Both the position numbers and the translations under genes were made by a program. A stretch of 62,404 nt of DNA, counting the filler, from Planctomycetota bacterium (GTDB lineage Bacteria > Planctomycetota > Planctomycetia > JALXBF01): assembly GCA_026991575.1 (NCBI GenBank). It is 8 parts of 8 records of this genome, joined end to end, with 100 filler letters (N's around TTAATTAATTAA, not from the genome) between each part and the next. Parts side by side here need not be neighbours in the genome. Positions count along the whole stretch, not along the records: positions 35,316 to 39,620 come from JALXBF010000140.1; positions 39,721 to 44,019 come from JALXBF010000141.1; positions 44,120 to 58,178 come from JALXBF010000142.1; 5 more parts are not named here. One strand, given 5' to 3'. A model generated the notes under the pieces. The model saw only the letters and a list, made by a program, of their open reading frames with translations, had not been told where the DNA came from and did no database searches. This document shows, piece by piece, positions 38,921 to 48,631 of the stretch. Numbering within the stretch: position 1 is the first letter of the stretch; the number at the start of each line of letters is the position of its first letter.

Positions 38921-39620
38921 GCGCGCCCGTTCCGGGTCATGGAAGTCCTCGCCAGGGTTTGGTCTGGCCCCTGTACCGAAGGTAACTGCGTCCTCGTGAG
39001 GGGGCGTGGAGAGCAACCGGAGGCGAACGAGTAGTCCGTACGAGAGAAACCCGATTCGGCCTGACGTCGTGGCGAGCCTGCCGGGTACTGGCGAAGCCCA
39101 AGATGCTTTGACGGGAACCAAGGTCAGCATCCGCGGGAAAACAGACCGATTCGGATGGCGACGTGGGGTGGTTGGGGGCGGAATGCTCGGAAGGTCCGAC
39201 GACGTGAATGACGGAGGCCTGATGGGCACAGGACGCGAAGAACCTGCGGTACATCAGGGTATAGGGTGGGCCCTGTAAGATGTCCCCCGGCCAGCCGCTT
39301 GGTGCTCGGCGGACTGGGGCGAACCAGAGCACCGAACCGACAAGAGAAGCGGCCCATCAGGAGTCAGAGGGTCGCAAGGAAGCCAGGAAGCGGGGTAATG
39401 CCCGTACAGCGAAGGGACCCAGGAAGGCGGAGACGACTGGAAGGTGGAGCGGCAGACGAGCACCACCGTGAGTGCCCGCGGAGGGCTAGACAGGGTGGAG
39501 AAGCTGGAGCGAGGCTCTGGCGGAAGCCGTGAAGCTGGAGGTTGTCTGCCGGCGGCCCTGGCGACGGGGTGTGGGACGGAGGTCCCAGCCTGGTGTGGGT
39601 TGTTGAGCCTGGAGGCAGCC
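38921..39620 (+). mobile_element. 5' part of a degenerate group II intron (domains I-III and decayed start of RT), cut by contig end
   Basis: Starts GCGCGCCCGTT (canonical GTGCG..), DI-like CGAAGGTAACTGCGTCCTCGTGAGGGGGCGTGGAGAGCAACCGGAGGCGAA, DIII-like GAGTCAGAGGGTCG..GAAGCGGGGTAATGCCCGTACAGCGAAGGGACCC, then frameshifted RT-like DRVEKLER..AWRQ. Confidence 0.7.
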
Positions 39621-39720
39621 NNNNNNNNNNNNNNNNNNNNNNNNNNNNNNNNNNNNNNNNNNNNTTAATTAATTAANNNNNNNNNNNNNNNNNNNNNNNN
39701 NNNNNNNNNNNNNNNNNNNN

Positions 39721-40320
39721 AAACCGACACTGCGCGGCGAGGCAGCGGAGGGCAAGCAGTACCGTGAAGACTGGGGCTGGGTGAAGAATGCGAAGCGGCA
39801 GGCCTATGTGCGCCGCCTTGTCGAAATGACGCCCGATGGCAGCAAGGACGGAACTGCACTGGTCACAACACTGCTCGACGCGGAGCAGCATCCGGGAGCG
39901 GATCTGTTATGGGCGTATCAGAAGCGTTGGAAGCTCGATCCGCTCATAGGTAAGATCACCGAAGCGTATCGTCTGGGTCCCATGCTCGGGATCGGACACC
40001 GGGCGACCATGTTCCAGGCCGCGTTCTGCTTCGTCTTCTACAACGCATTGCAGATGCTCCTGCACCTCGCTGCGTGGATCAACGGCTGGGCTCCACAGGC
40101 CGTGGCGCTGGAGAAGCTGTACCACCGAATCATGATGGAGCTCACAGGTTGGACCCGGCTGATCTCTCGAGACCACACCACCCAACGCTTCGCCAACACG
40201 GCCGGGGCAAGGGAAATCCTTGCCCTATCCCTTGGCCTACGTGAGGAGGAACGCTATCACAAGTATTGGCTGAAAGAGAGCTGGTGTCAGGTGTACAAGA
40301 GTGCAAGCGCTGAACGCTAG
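39721..40320 (+). CDS. IS4-like transposase-derived protein, copy 1 (5' truncated)
   Basis: QYREDWGWV..YVRRLV..LVTTLLDAEQHPGADLLWAYQKRWKLD..FQAAFCFVFYNAL. Confidence 0.8.
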   Translation, partial: KPTLRGEAAEGKQYREDWGWVKNAKRQAYVRRLVEMTPDGSKDGTALVTTLLDAEQHPGADLLWAYQKRWKLDPLIGKITEAYRLGPMLGIGHRATMFQAAFCFVFYNALQMLLHLAAWINGWAPQAVALEKLYHRIMMELTGWTRLISRDHTTQRFANTAGAREILALSLGLREEERYHKYWLKESWCQVYKSASAER

Positions 40321-40680
40321 GGCAGTCGACCGGGAACCCCACCCTGCTCGGGTGTAGGAACACTTGGAAAGCCGCCTGGGGCCCAGACGCGCAGACCGGC
40401 GATTTCTCGCGCGTCCAGCGGCAGGGTAACGGCCCCCCCTGCCTGCACGCCAGACCCGCGCTGGAACACGACGTTCGTAGCCACGGAGATCGCCGGCACA
40501 TGGCAGACGGGGCGGACGTGGCCGGTATGGACCAGCGCCCTGGGCAACTGCGTGAACCGGGTCGCCTCCTGCCGATGCGGACGGTGTTGGGAAGCAACCT
40601 CGTTAAGCTGTTGCGAGCTATGGTCACAGACTGAGGTACGGCTATCCAGGGAGAGTCAATGCGTTACTTGGGAGGCTCCC

Positions 40681-42018
40681 ATGTCCCAGACGTCGATGGA
40701 ACAGATCAAACAGTTCCTTGAGAGAGCTCCGCTGGGGCACAGTCTTCTGCTCGCGCTGCAGCACGTGTGGCGGGAATCTCAACTGGCAGCAGATCTCGGC
40801 ACGCGCTGGCGCGAATCGTACCACCCTTTGGTTCACGCGACACTCCTGGCCAATCTCGCTCTGGACGGTCACCATGAGCTGCGCGGGTACTCCCCTGACG
40901 AGAGTGACGGCAATTACTGGTCTCTTTTCGAAGAGGAGCGTCCGAAGCGGCTGGTCGAACCGATGGAGGCTGCGTACGACCAGCTCCGGCGCACGCCCCT
41001 ACCGCTTATGGCATCGCTTGTACAAGATTCCGCTGACGTGCTCGGGCGATTCCTGCCACCGCAAACTCCCGAAGGCACGATCCCTCAATCCCTGCAGGAC
41101 TACGCGGTCATCGTACTCCATACCAGGAGAATAAAGTCCACCTCGTGGCGCCGCAAGGCGCCGGCGGGCAAAGGCGCCGTAGCGCTCGACGGCGTCAGTG
41201 GCTTGGTGCTGGCAATGGGAGCGAACCAGCCTGGGCCCGGAGACACGACGGATCGGTTGCCTGCCGTCGTCGACCAACTGCGCGAGCGGAGGACGTCCCG
41301 ACCCGTGCTGTACATCACTGAGGGTAAACGCTGCACTGTGCGCCAGCTCCTGGAGTTCACCGATCACGCGGAGGACTTCCTGGCTCGCTACCGTAGTCTG
41401 GTGACATTTGAGGCAGACCAACAACGGCCTGCACGGCTGGGTGAAACAGAGGATGGGCACCAGTACAGAGAAGAATGGGGTTGGCTGCGGGGGACCAAAG
41501 GCCAGGTCTACGTCCGGCGTATCGTGGAGACCCTGCCAGATGCGACCAACGAACTGGCACTGGTCAGCAGCCTCGTGGATCCGGACCAGTATCCGGCCGT
41601 CGACCTGCTAACCGCGTACCATCAACGTTGGAAAATCGATCCGATCATGAGAGAAATCGCAGGACACTATCGATTGGGTATTCTGATCGGAACCGGACAA
41701 CGAGCAGCAATTGTTCAGGAGGCCTTCTGGCTCGTGTTTTACAATGCCCTGCTTCTGTTGGCACATGTGATCGCTGCGGTCAAGGGCTGGCATGTGCGAA
41801 TGGTGTCGTTGCATACCATTTATCACGAGACTTGCTGTGATTTGCGGATGCAGAAGCGCAACGTGCATCGAAGTCGCATCATGTGGCTGCTAGGTGAGGA
41901 GGCGGACCGAGGCGAGTCGCCCGTTGCTGGCGCGACCCGCGCAGCTGAGCTTTGGCGTAAGGCCTGGCTTAAGGGACAGTACCTCGAAGCTCTCCGGCGT
42001 GGCCGTTCCAACGTGTAG
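40681..42018 (+). CDS. IS4-like transposase-derived protein, copy 2, catalytic residues altered
   Basis: RBS GGGAGG; DFLARY, QYREEWGWL, YVRRI, LVSSLVDPDQYPAVDLLTAYHQRWKID, FYNAL. Confidence 0.8.
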   Translation: MSQTSMEQIKQFLERAPLGHSLLLALQHVWRESQLAADLGTRWRESYHPLVHATLLANLALDGHHELRGYSPDESDGNYWSLFEEERPKRLVEPMEAAYDQLRRTPLPLMASLVQDSADVLGRFLPPQTPEGTIPQSLQDYAVIVLHTRRIKSTSWRRKAPAGKGAVALDGVSGLVLAMGANQPGPGDTTDRLPAVVDQLRERRTSRPVLYITEGKRCTVRQLLEFTDHAEDFLARYRSLVTFEADQQRPARLGETEDGHQYREEWGWLRGTKGQVYVRRIVETLPDATNELALVSSLVDPDQYPAVDLLTAYHQRWKIDPIMREIAGHYRLGILIGTGQRAAIVQEAFWLVFYNALLLLAHVIAAVKGWHVRMVSLHTIYHETCCDLRMQKRNVHRSRIMWLLGEEADRGESPVAGATRAAELWRKAWLKGQYLEALRRGRSNV

Positions 42019-42328
42019 CAACGATCCGTCTTCTTGACCGGTCACGGGGGGACGGCGCGCTTGCCGGTCGCCTGGATTGGCCGTCAGACGCTCTAAACGG
42101 GCCGAATCGGCAGTGGCTACCACGATCACTGCCATTGAATCTCTGGCCCCACTCGGTACAGAATACAACGCTCTCGCAAGCGTGCAGGGTTCGGCTCGGC
42201 CGGTCGTCCGGATCGGCTGCTCGCGTCATCACGCAGCAAACGTTCGGGAATCCTCGCGACCGCTGGGACTGTGCCGACCCTTTTGTCGCAAGAACGGACA
42301 CTGCCCGGGCATTTGTCGGGAGGTGCCG

Positions 42329-43645
42329 ATGCCAGGGACCTGGGATGGAATCGAACAAGACGTCGTCGCAGAGTGGCCGGTGGTGAAGGCCTTTCTGGTG
42401 GCGTTGCAGCACGCTTGGCTTAACTCGCGGCTGGCAAGAGACGTCGCCACACGATGGGACGAGGCGTACGATCCTGCAGTCCACGCATCGCTGCTGAGTC
42501 TTCTGGCCTTGGACGGTGGTAGCTTTGCTTACGACAACGAGGCGTGGGACCCCTTGGCGAGGAGGAACAAGTTGAGCGGAGTGCTCCGATCGATCGCCGC
42601 TGGCTACGACCAGCTGCGCCGGTCCCCCACCCCACTGACAGCGTCGCTGGTGCAGGAGTCTGCTCAGGTACTCGGACCGTTCTTGCCCACACGACACGGA
42701 AAGGAACCGATCCCTTCGTGCCTACAGGACCGCGCTGTCATGGTTCTGCAAAACAAGTGGCTGAAGTCGCCTTCGCGACAACGCAAGGCACCCGTTGGCG
42801 AGGTAGTAGCGGCCGTCGACGGGCACACGGGCATGGTGCTGGCAATCGGATCGGCTAAGTCGGGCGACCCCCACGCCGAGCCGTTGCCGGAAACCATCGA
42901 ACAGGTCCGGACCCAGACGGCCGGACAGCCTGTGGTATACATCGGTGAAGGCGGCTTCTGCGATTGGAGGTACATCCTGGACTTTACCGAGCACGGAGAG
43001 GACTTCCTGGTTCGCTACCGCCGCGCGGTGAGATTCGAAAAAGATGGCAATCGCCCGGTGCGGCAGGGCAAAACGGACGACGGACAACAGTATACGGAAG
43101 AATGGGGCTGGCTGCGACGAGCGAAAAGCCGCGTTGCTGTTCGTCGGATCGTGGCGGCGTCAGAAAACGGCGAGTCGGCAGTGACGCTGGTTAGCAGCCT
43201 GGTGGATCCCGACCGCTATCCAGTCGGAGAGCTGTTGACGGCATACCATCAGCGCTGGAAGGTCGAAGCCGTGTTGACGGATATTGCAGACACCTATCGA
43301 CTTGGTGGCTTGCTGGGCTATACCTACCGCGTCACTGTTCTCCAGGCGGCATCGTGTTTCGTGTTTTACAACGCGCTGCATTTGCTGGGTCAGCAGGTTG
43401 CGGCAGTCAGGAGATGGCCGCCGCGGGCGGTGTCGCTTAACGCGATGTTCCGCCACATCCTGTTCGGAATGGATGAGTGGGAGTTCGTCTTGGGGCGGGA
43501 GCAAATCATGCGATTCCTCTGCGACGCGTTGGCCAACGGGGAGGTCCCCTCCGTGCCCCCGGACTTTCTGTCCGGCCAATGGGTCACGAGCTGGCTAAAG
43601 ATGCAATGGCTGCGCGAATTCCAAGGTCAGCCTGCGAACGGGTAG
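42329..43645 (+). CDS. IS4-like transposase-derived protein, copy 3, catalytic residues altered
   Basis: RBS GGGAGGT; DFLVRY, QYTEEWGWL, VRRI, LVSSLVDPDRYPVGELLTAYHQRWKVE, FYNAL. Confidence 0.8.
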   Translation: MPGTWDGIEQDVVAEWPVVKAFLVALQHAWLNSRLARDVATRWDEAYDPAVHASLLSLLALDGGSFAYDNEAWDPLARRNKLSGVLRSIAAGYDQLRRSPTPLTASLVQESAQVLGPFLPTRHGKEPIPSCLQDRAVMVLQNKWLKSPSRQRKAPVGEVVAAVDGHTGMVLAIGSAKSGDPHAEPLPETIEQVRTQTAGQPVVYIGEGGFCDWRYILDFTEHGEDFLVRYRRAVRFEKDGNRPVRQGKTDDGQQYTEEWGWLRRAKSRVAVRRIVAASENGESAVTLVSSLVDPDRYPVGELLTAYHQRWKVEAVLTDIADTYRLGGLLGYTYRVTVLQAASCFVFYNALHLLGQQVAAVRRWPPRAVSLNAMFRHILFGMDEWEFVLGREQIMRFLCDALANGEVPSVPPDFLSGQWVTSWLKMQWLREFQGQPANG

Positions 43646-44119
43646 AGTAGATGGTGTCCTGGGGCATGGCCTGCCCCATGGTCCTGGCTGCAATCCTTGG
43701 GTAAGACCAGGGGGCCAATTCATGGTCCGGCGCACGCAACCAGCCCGATCGTGTGGATTCGACGCGGTAGCGTAGGGCCAGTTGTCCGGACAGCCCGTTT
43801 CTGCCATCGCTGAGGAGTCCGACGCGAACCGGCCGGTGTCTGCAATGGGTTCGCCGGCGAATGCAAAGCCAGATTGCGACTTGCAAGGCCAACTAGTGCC
43901 GTTTCAAGTTGAGAAGTTTCCCCTTCTTGGTGGTCGCTTGGGATCGGGGCGAGTCTGGTTCGCGCGTTGTCCGGTGCGGGGTTTGCCGCAGGCAATCGGC
44001 CGTTCGCCGTTATGCCATGNNNNNNNNNNNNNNNNNNNNNNNNNNNNNNNNNNNNNNNNNNNNTTAATTAATTAANNNNNNNNNNNNNNNNNNNNNNNNN
44101 NNNNNNNNNNNNNNNNNNN

Positions 44120-44427
44120 CCCTTCTCCCCTCCCCCGACAACCAGCACCACCCCGAACTGGGCACCGACAGGCACTGTGCGTGGAAACAGCTTGCGAACC
44201 TGGTGCGGCCGTGCATTGGTGGCAACGTCATAATCGATCGGGTCCTGCCCCATGAGCAGGTCACGCACACAGCCTCCGGCCCACACCGCCTGAAAGCCGG
44301 CCCGTTGCAACGTGGCGACGACTTCGCGCGCAAACTCCGCCTTTGGGGTGTTCGGCACCGGCAGGCGGATCAGCTCGCCTGGAGCCGGTTCATTCTGCCC
44401 GGCCCGCTTGCTCTGCTGAGGACACAT
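44120..44427 (-). CDS. cca: CCA tRNA nucleotidyltransferase / poly(A) polymerase family, N-terminus (3' truncated)
   Basis: AGFQAVWAGGCVRDLLMGQDPIDYDVATNARP, VGAQFG. Confidence 0.85.
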
Positions 44428-45022
44428 GCTCTCCGTCCTTCCCGCCGCCCCGCATGCTCAAGCGGCACACCGCATTGCGTACCTGGCCATAGCTACGCAC
44501 GTCCCAGTGCTGGCCGGCGGGCAACAGTGCGGCGTCAGTCTTGCGATCCAGTTGCACAACGACAATGCTATCATCGGGCAGGCGTTGTACAAGCCTCTGC
44601 CACAATTCGACCACCAGCGGCATTCGGTCACGGTACAGTGCGTACGGGGGAGCGACGAAGACCAGCAGTGGCCGGTTCGCTGGCCAGATGTCATCGCGCC
44701 GAACCCAGCGGAACACGTCCCCCCGCACGACCTCTGCCCGGTCGCGGAAGCCGAGCCGTTCGATGTTCTCGCGGAGCGTTCGCACCACGGCTGGATCGCG
44801 CTCCACAAACACGGCCCGCTCCGCGCCCCGGCTGAGCGCCTCCAGCCCCAGGGCTCCGGAACCGGCAAACAGATCCCAAACCGGCCGGCCCACAACATCC
44901 TCTGCCAGCATGTTGAAGACCGCCTCACGGGCACGATCGATCATCGGCCGCACCTTCTGTCCGGGCGGCACGCGAATGCGATGTCCTCGTTTCTGGCCAC
45001 CGATGATTCGAATCGAGCCCAT
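44390..45022 (-). CDS. rsmD: 16S rRNA m2G966 methyltransferase
   Basis: IRIIGG, VRP..DRAREAVFN, DLFAGSGALGLEALSRGA, FVE, APPY, RSYG. Confidence 0.9.
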   Translation of the reverse strand: MGSIRIIGGQKRGHRIRVPPGQKVRPMIDRAREAVFNMLAEDVVGRPVWDLFAGSGALGLEALSRGAERAVFVERDPAVVRTLRENIERLGFRDRAEVVRGDVFRWVRRDDIWPANRPLLVFVAPPYALYRDRMPLVVELWQRLVQRLPDDSIVVVQLDRKTDAALLPAGQHWDVRSYGQVRNAVCRLSMRGGGKDGEHVSSAEQAGRAE

Positions 45023-45178
45023 TACAATGAGCCTATTCGGTCCAGACCGCTTGCTTCAGACACGCAACCAGACGCACCGCGAAAGCAACCAACACGCACT
45101 CGGCGGCCGGGCCACGACGGGCCCGGTAGGACTGCCCGGTCTGCTACCGGACAGACAGAATCTCCTGGGAGCGACACC

Positions 45179-46729
45179 ATGGTGAAGATGGCCAAGGTCG
45201 CCGGCGCACTCTGGGTGGCTCTTCTGGCCGGCTGCACTACCAAGACGCCTGACCGACCGACCATCCGGGTGGCAGTTTATGCCAGTGGCCCCCGCGGGGC
45301 CATCAGCGGACCGCTGCATTATTGGAAGAACCGCTGGGAGGAAGAAACCGGCGCTACCCTGGAAATCGCTGAGATCCCGTTTGCCGAGCTGCACGACAAA
45401 GTGTTCGCCGACCTGCGTGCCGGCACCGGGCAGTACGACGGTATCATCGGCCCCGCTTGGTTCTACGGCGATTATCTGCTTGGCAACTACATCCTGCCCA
45501 TCGACGACTTCATCCAGCGTGGCAAGAACGGGGAGTTCCCGTTCTGGGATCCGCAGACCGTCGTGCCAGCGCTGCGTGAGCTTCATCGCTGGAACGGTCG
45601 CTGGTATGGTGTTCCCAACGACGGCGACGCTCATGTGCTCTATTACCGCAAGGACGTGCTGGCCGATCCGAAGTGGCAGGACGCGTACCGTAAGGCCACG
45701 GGCAAGCCACTGCGCGTGCCCGAGACCTGGGAGGAACTGGCCGAGATCGCCGAGTTCTTCCACGGTAAGGACTGGAACGGGGACGGTGAGCCCGACTACG
45801 GCATCACGATGCATCTGGCTGTCGGCGGCCAGGGATTCTTCCACTACATGTCCCTGTCGGCCGCGTACACGGTGCTGCCCGGTCCGCAGAAGGACCGCTA
45901 CCACAATGTCTACTGGTTTGACCCAGAGACCATGGAGCCGCTCATCAACACGCCGGGTCACCGGCGGGCCTTGGCCATGCTCCGACGGCTGCAGAAGGCC
46001 GGGCCGCGCGGGCAAACCGACTGGCAGCTCAAGGAAGCATGGGATCGATTCTTGAACGGCAAAGCGGTGTTCTGCTACTCCTGGGGGGACGTCGGCTCAC
46101 TGGCCCAGGATGAGAGCCAGTCACGCATCAAGGGCAAGCTGGGCTGTACCGCCCTGCCAGGCACAATGGAGGTCTGGGATCGTGAGCACAACCGCTGGGT
46201 TCGATTCGAGCGGCCAAACCGAGTGGGAAATACCGTCGGGGCGAGCTGGCACGGCGTGATCACGCGTCAAAGCAAACACCCGGAGCTCGTCTATCACCTG
46301 TTCGCTTTCCATGCCCAAAAGGAGATCAACATGTTCCACTGCGCCACCGGCTGGACAGGCATCGACCCTGGCCGGACGTTTCATTTCCTGCAGCCCCGCG
46401 GTGAAGCAACGTTGGAGACGTACACCTCCGCCGGCTGGCATCCGGAGGACGCACGGCAATACACGGAAGCGTTCTACCAGAACTACTACGAGTCCACGGC
46501 ATTCCTCGACTACTTGCGGATCCCGGGCACGATGGAACTGTGGCGCCAGCTGGATCGGAGGCTACACGAGGCGGTCGTGGACCACAGCATCGCGGAGGAA
46601 GAGATTCTCGCGCGCATCGAAGCGGACTGGCGTCGCACTCTGGAACGCATCAGTAACGAAATCGGCCCCGACCGGCTTAAGCAGCTGTACCAGCGTTCCA
46701 TCGGCTATGGTCAGCGGGTCCAACCATGA
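45179..46729 (+). CDS. Carbohydrate ABC transporter substrate-binding lipoprotein
   Basis: Lipobox LLAGC, GTGQYD, DGDAHVLYYRKD, PETWEE, WGDVG. Confidence 0.9.
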   Translation: MVKMAKVAGALWVALLAGCTTKTPDRPTIRVAVYASGPRGAISGPLHYWKNRWEEETGATLEIAEIPFAELHDKVFADLRAGTGQYDGIIGPAWFYGDYLLGNYILPIDDFIQRGKNGEFPFWDPQTVVPALRELHRWNGRWYGVPNDGDAHVLYYRKDVLADPKWQDAYRKATGKPLRVPETWEELAEIAEFFHGKDWNGDGEPDYGITMHLAVGGQGFFHYMSLSAAYTVLPGPQKDRYHNVYWFDPETMEPLINTPGHRRALAMLRRLQKAGPRGQTDWQLKEAWDRFLNGKAVFCYSWGDVGSLAQDESQSRIKGKLGCTALPGTMEVWDREHNRWVRFERPNRVGNTVGASWHGVITRQSKHPELVYHLFAFHAQKEINMFHCATGWTGIDPGRTFHFLQPRGEATLETYTSAGWHPEDARQYTEAFYQNYYESTAFLDYLRIPGTMELWRQLDRRLHEAVVDHSIAEEEILARIEADWRRTLERISNEIGPDRLKQLYQRSIGYGQRVQP

Positions 46730-47622
46730 GAACGTTGCGGGGTTACCTGTGGGTTGCGCCAGCACTTGTCTGGACGCTGGCAATCTCTCTCGGCCCAACG
46801 CTGTACATGGTGGTCCATGCGTTCCTGGCGCCGCGGTTCGATCCGGCAGCAGGTAGGCCGCGGTTGCGCTGGGTCGGGTTCGAGAACTTCGCACGGTTCG
46901 TTGCCGACGACCAGCTGCTGCACAGCGTGTGGTGGACCGTCGGCGTGGCCTGCACCGCCGTGGTGTTGGAAGTGGTCCTAGGCCTGGCGTTGGCTTTGGC
47001 CGCGTGGTCGCTGACTGGTCGCGCGGCGCGGGTGGCCGGTGGTTTGTTGACGATGCCCATGCTCATGGCCCCCGTCGCGGTGGCGTACCTGGCCACTACG
47101 GTCTTTGCCCAGGACGTTGGCCTGATCAACGGCAGCCTCGCTCGGTGGCTTGGCGTCCCGCCGGAGCGACTGCCAAACTGGCGAAGTGATCCGGTGTGGG
47201 CCACGGTGGCAATCCTGCTGGTTGAAGTCTGGCAGTGGACCCCGTTCTGCTTTGCGGTGTTGCTGGCCGGACTGGCAAGCCAGCCAAGCGAGCTATACGA
47301 AGCAGCCAGGATCGACGGCGCCGCCGGGTGGTCGTTGCTCCGGCACGTCACGCTGCCGCTGCTGCGGCCGGTACTGGTCGTCGTGGTGCTCATCCGGCTG
47401 GTCGAGAGCCTGAAACTGTTCGATGTCCCATACGGTCTGACCCGCGGCGGACCGGGCACAGCAACGCAGAGCTACAGCATGTGGATCAAGGAAATCGGCC
47501 TAACGCGCTACGACGTGGGACTGGCCAGTGCCATGGGGTTGCTGTTGCTGGTAGTGCTTGCCAGCAGTGGAACGATGGCGTTATGGCTCAGCAAACGGGC
47601 TCGTTCAGTCACACAGGGTTGA
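46726..47622 (+). CDS. Carbohydrate ABC transporter permease (MalF type)
   Basis: VGFENF, EVWQWTPF, EAA motif ELYEAARIDGA, GGPGTAT. Confidence 0.92.
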   Translation: MRTLRGYLWVAPALVWTLAISLGPTLYMVVHAFLAPRFDPAAGRPRLRWVGFENFARFVADDQLLHSVWWTVGVACTAVVLEVVLGLALALAAWSLTGRAARVAGGLLTMPMLMAPVAVAYLATTVFAQDVGLINGSLARWLGVPPERLPNWRSDPVWATVAILLVEVWQWTPFCFAVLLAGLASQPSELYEAARIDGAAGWSLLRHVTLPLLRPVLVVVVLIRLVESLKLFDVPYGLTRGGPGTATQSYSMWIKEIGLTRYDVGLASAMGLLLLVVLASSGTMALWLSKRARSVTQG

Positions 47623-48449
47623 CGCCGCAACGGTGGCTCGCCGCAGTGGGCTTCTACCTGGCGGTGGGCGTGTGGATTATCGTGCCCGGTTGTTGGACGG
47701 TGGCGCAGGCGTTCAAACAACCCCGCGATGTGCATAGCCTGCGCTGGATTCCTTGGCTGGAGTACCAGCCGACGCTGGCTAGTTGGCGTGAGACGCTGGC
47801 CGATCCGCAGCTACGCCGTACGCTGCGCAACAGTGTGATCGTCTCCGTCGGCGCAACCACGCTGGCGTTGCTGTTGGGCTGCCCGGCTGCCTATGCCCTG
47901 GCTCGCTTCCGGCTGCGACCGCTCGGTGCCGAGGATACCCTGCTTGTCTTTCTTTCCCAGAGATTCTTGCCGCCGGTTGTCGTCGCGGTACCTCTGGCGC
48001 TGATGGCACAGCGCGTCGGTCTGTACGACCGGCTCGTGGCCCTCATCGTCGTGCACACCGCGTTCGTGCTGCCGCTGGTGGTGCTGATCACCCGCAGCGC
48101 GTTCCTGGACGTGCCGCCGGAACTGGAGCAGGCGGCCCGGCTGGACGGATGCACCATGGTTGGAGCATTTGTGCGCGTCGCGCTACCGCTGGCGGCTCCA
48201 GGTGTCGCCGCGGCAGGTCTGATCGCCTTCGGGTTTTCCTGGAACGAGTTTGTCGCCGCGCTGATGCTCACTCAGTACCGGGCTCAGACGCTGCCGCTTT
48301 TCGTAGCAAGCAGCGAGGACACCTGGGGACTGGACATGGGCCGTGTGGCGGTGCGCTGTCTGATCGCAGTGCTTCCACCTCTGGCCGCCGGCGTCGCGGT
48401 CCAGAGATTCTTCATTCGCGGACTCACGTTGGGGGCCGTGAAGGGCTAG
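47619..48449 (+). CDS. Carbohydrate ABC transporter permease (MalG type)
   Basis: NSVIVS, AAYALARF, VPPELEQAARLDGC, FSWNEF, TLP. TTG start overlaps the upstream TGA. Confidence 0.92.
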   Translation: MTPQRWLAAVGFYLAVGVWIIVPGCWTVAQAFKQPRDVHSLRWIPWLEYQPTLASWRETLADPQLRRTLRNSVIVSVGATTLALLLGCPAAYALARFRLRPLGAEDTLLVFLSQRFLPPVVVAVPLALMAQRVGLYDRLVALIVVHTAFVLPLVVLITRSAFLDVPPELEQAARLDGCTMVGAFVRVALPLAAPGVAAAGLIAFGFSWNEFVAALMLTQYRAQTLPLFVASSEDTWGLDMGRVAVRCLIAVLPPLAAGVAVQRFFIRGLTLGAVKG

Positions 48450-48631
48450 CGAACTGGTGCCTGCCCCCCCAATGAATTGCTGACGCTGCCCTGACACGAA
48501 CCGGTGCCGCCTGACCGCTCGCGGCGCAGTTCGCTCCGGCGCGCAGATGTTCGCTCGCCGCACTTCTACGTGCACCCCTCTCTGTGGCCAACGCCCCTGT
48601 TCCGGCACCGCACCTAGCAAGTTGGTCGCGA

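Noticed and set aside
44426..45178. 250-aa N-terminal extension of the sugar-binding protein in the ORF track
   Set aside because: It is the antisense shadow of rsmD; the lipoprotein signal begins at 45179.
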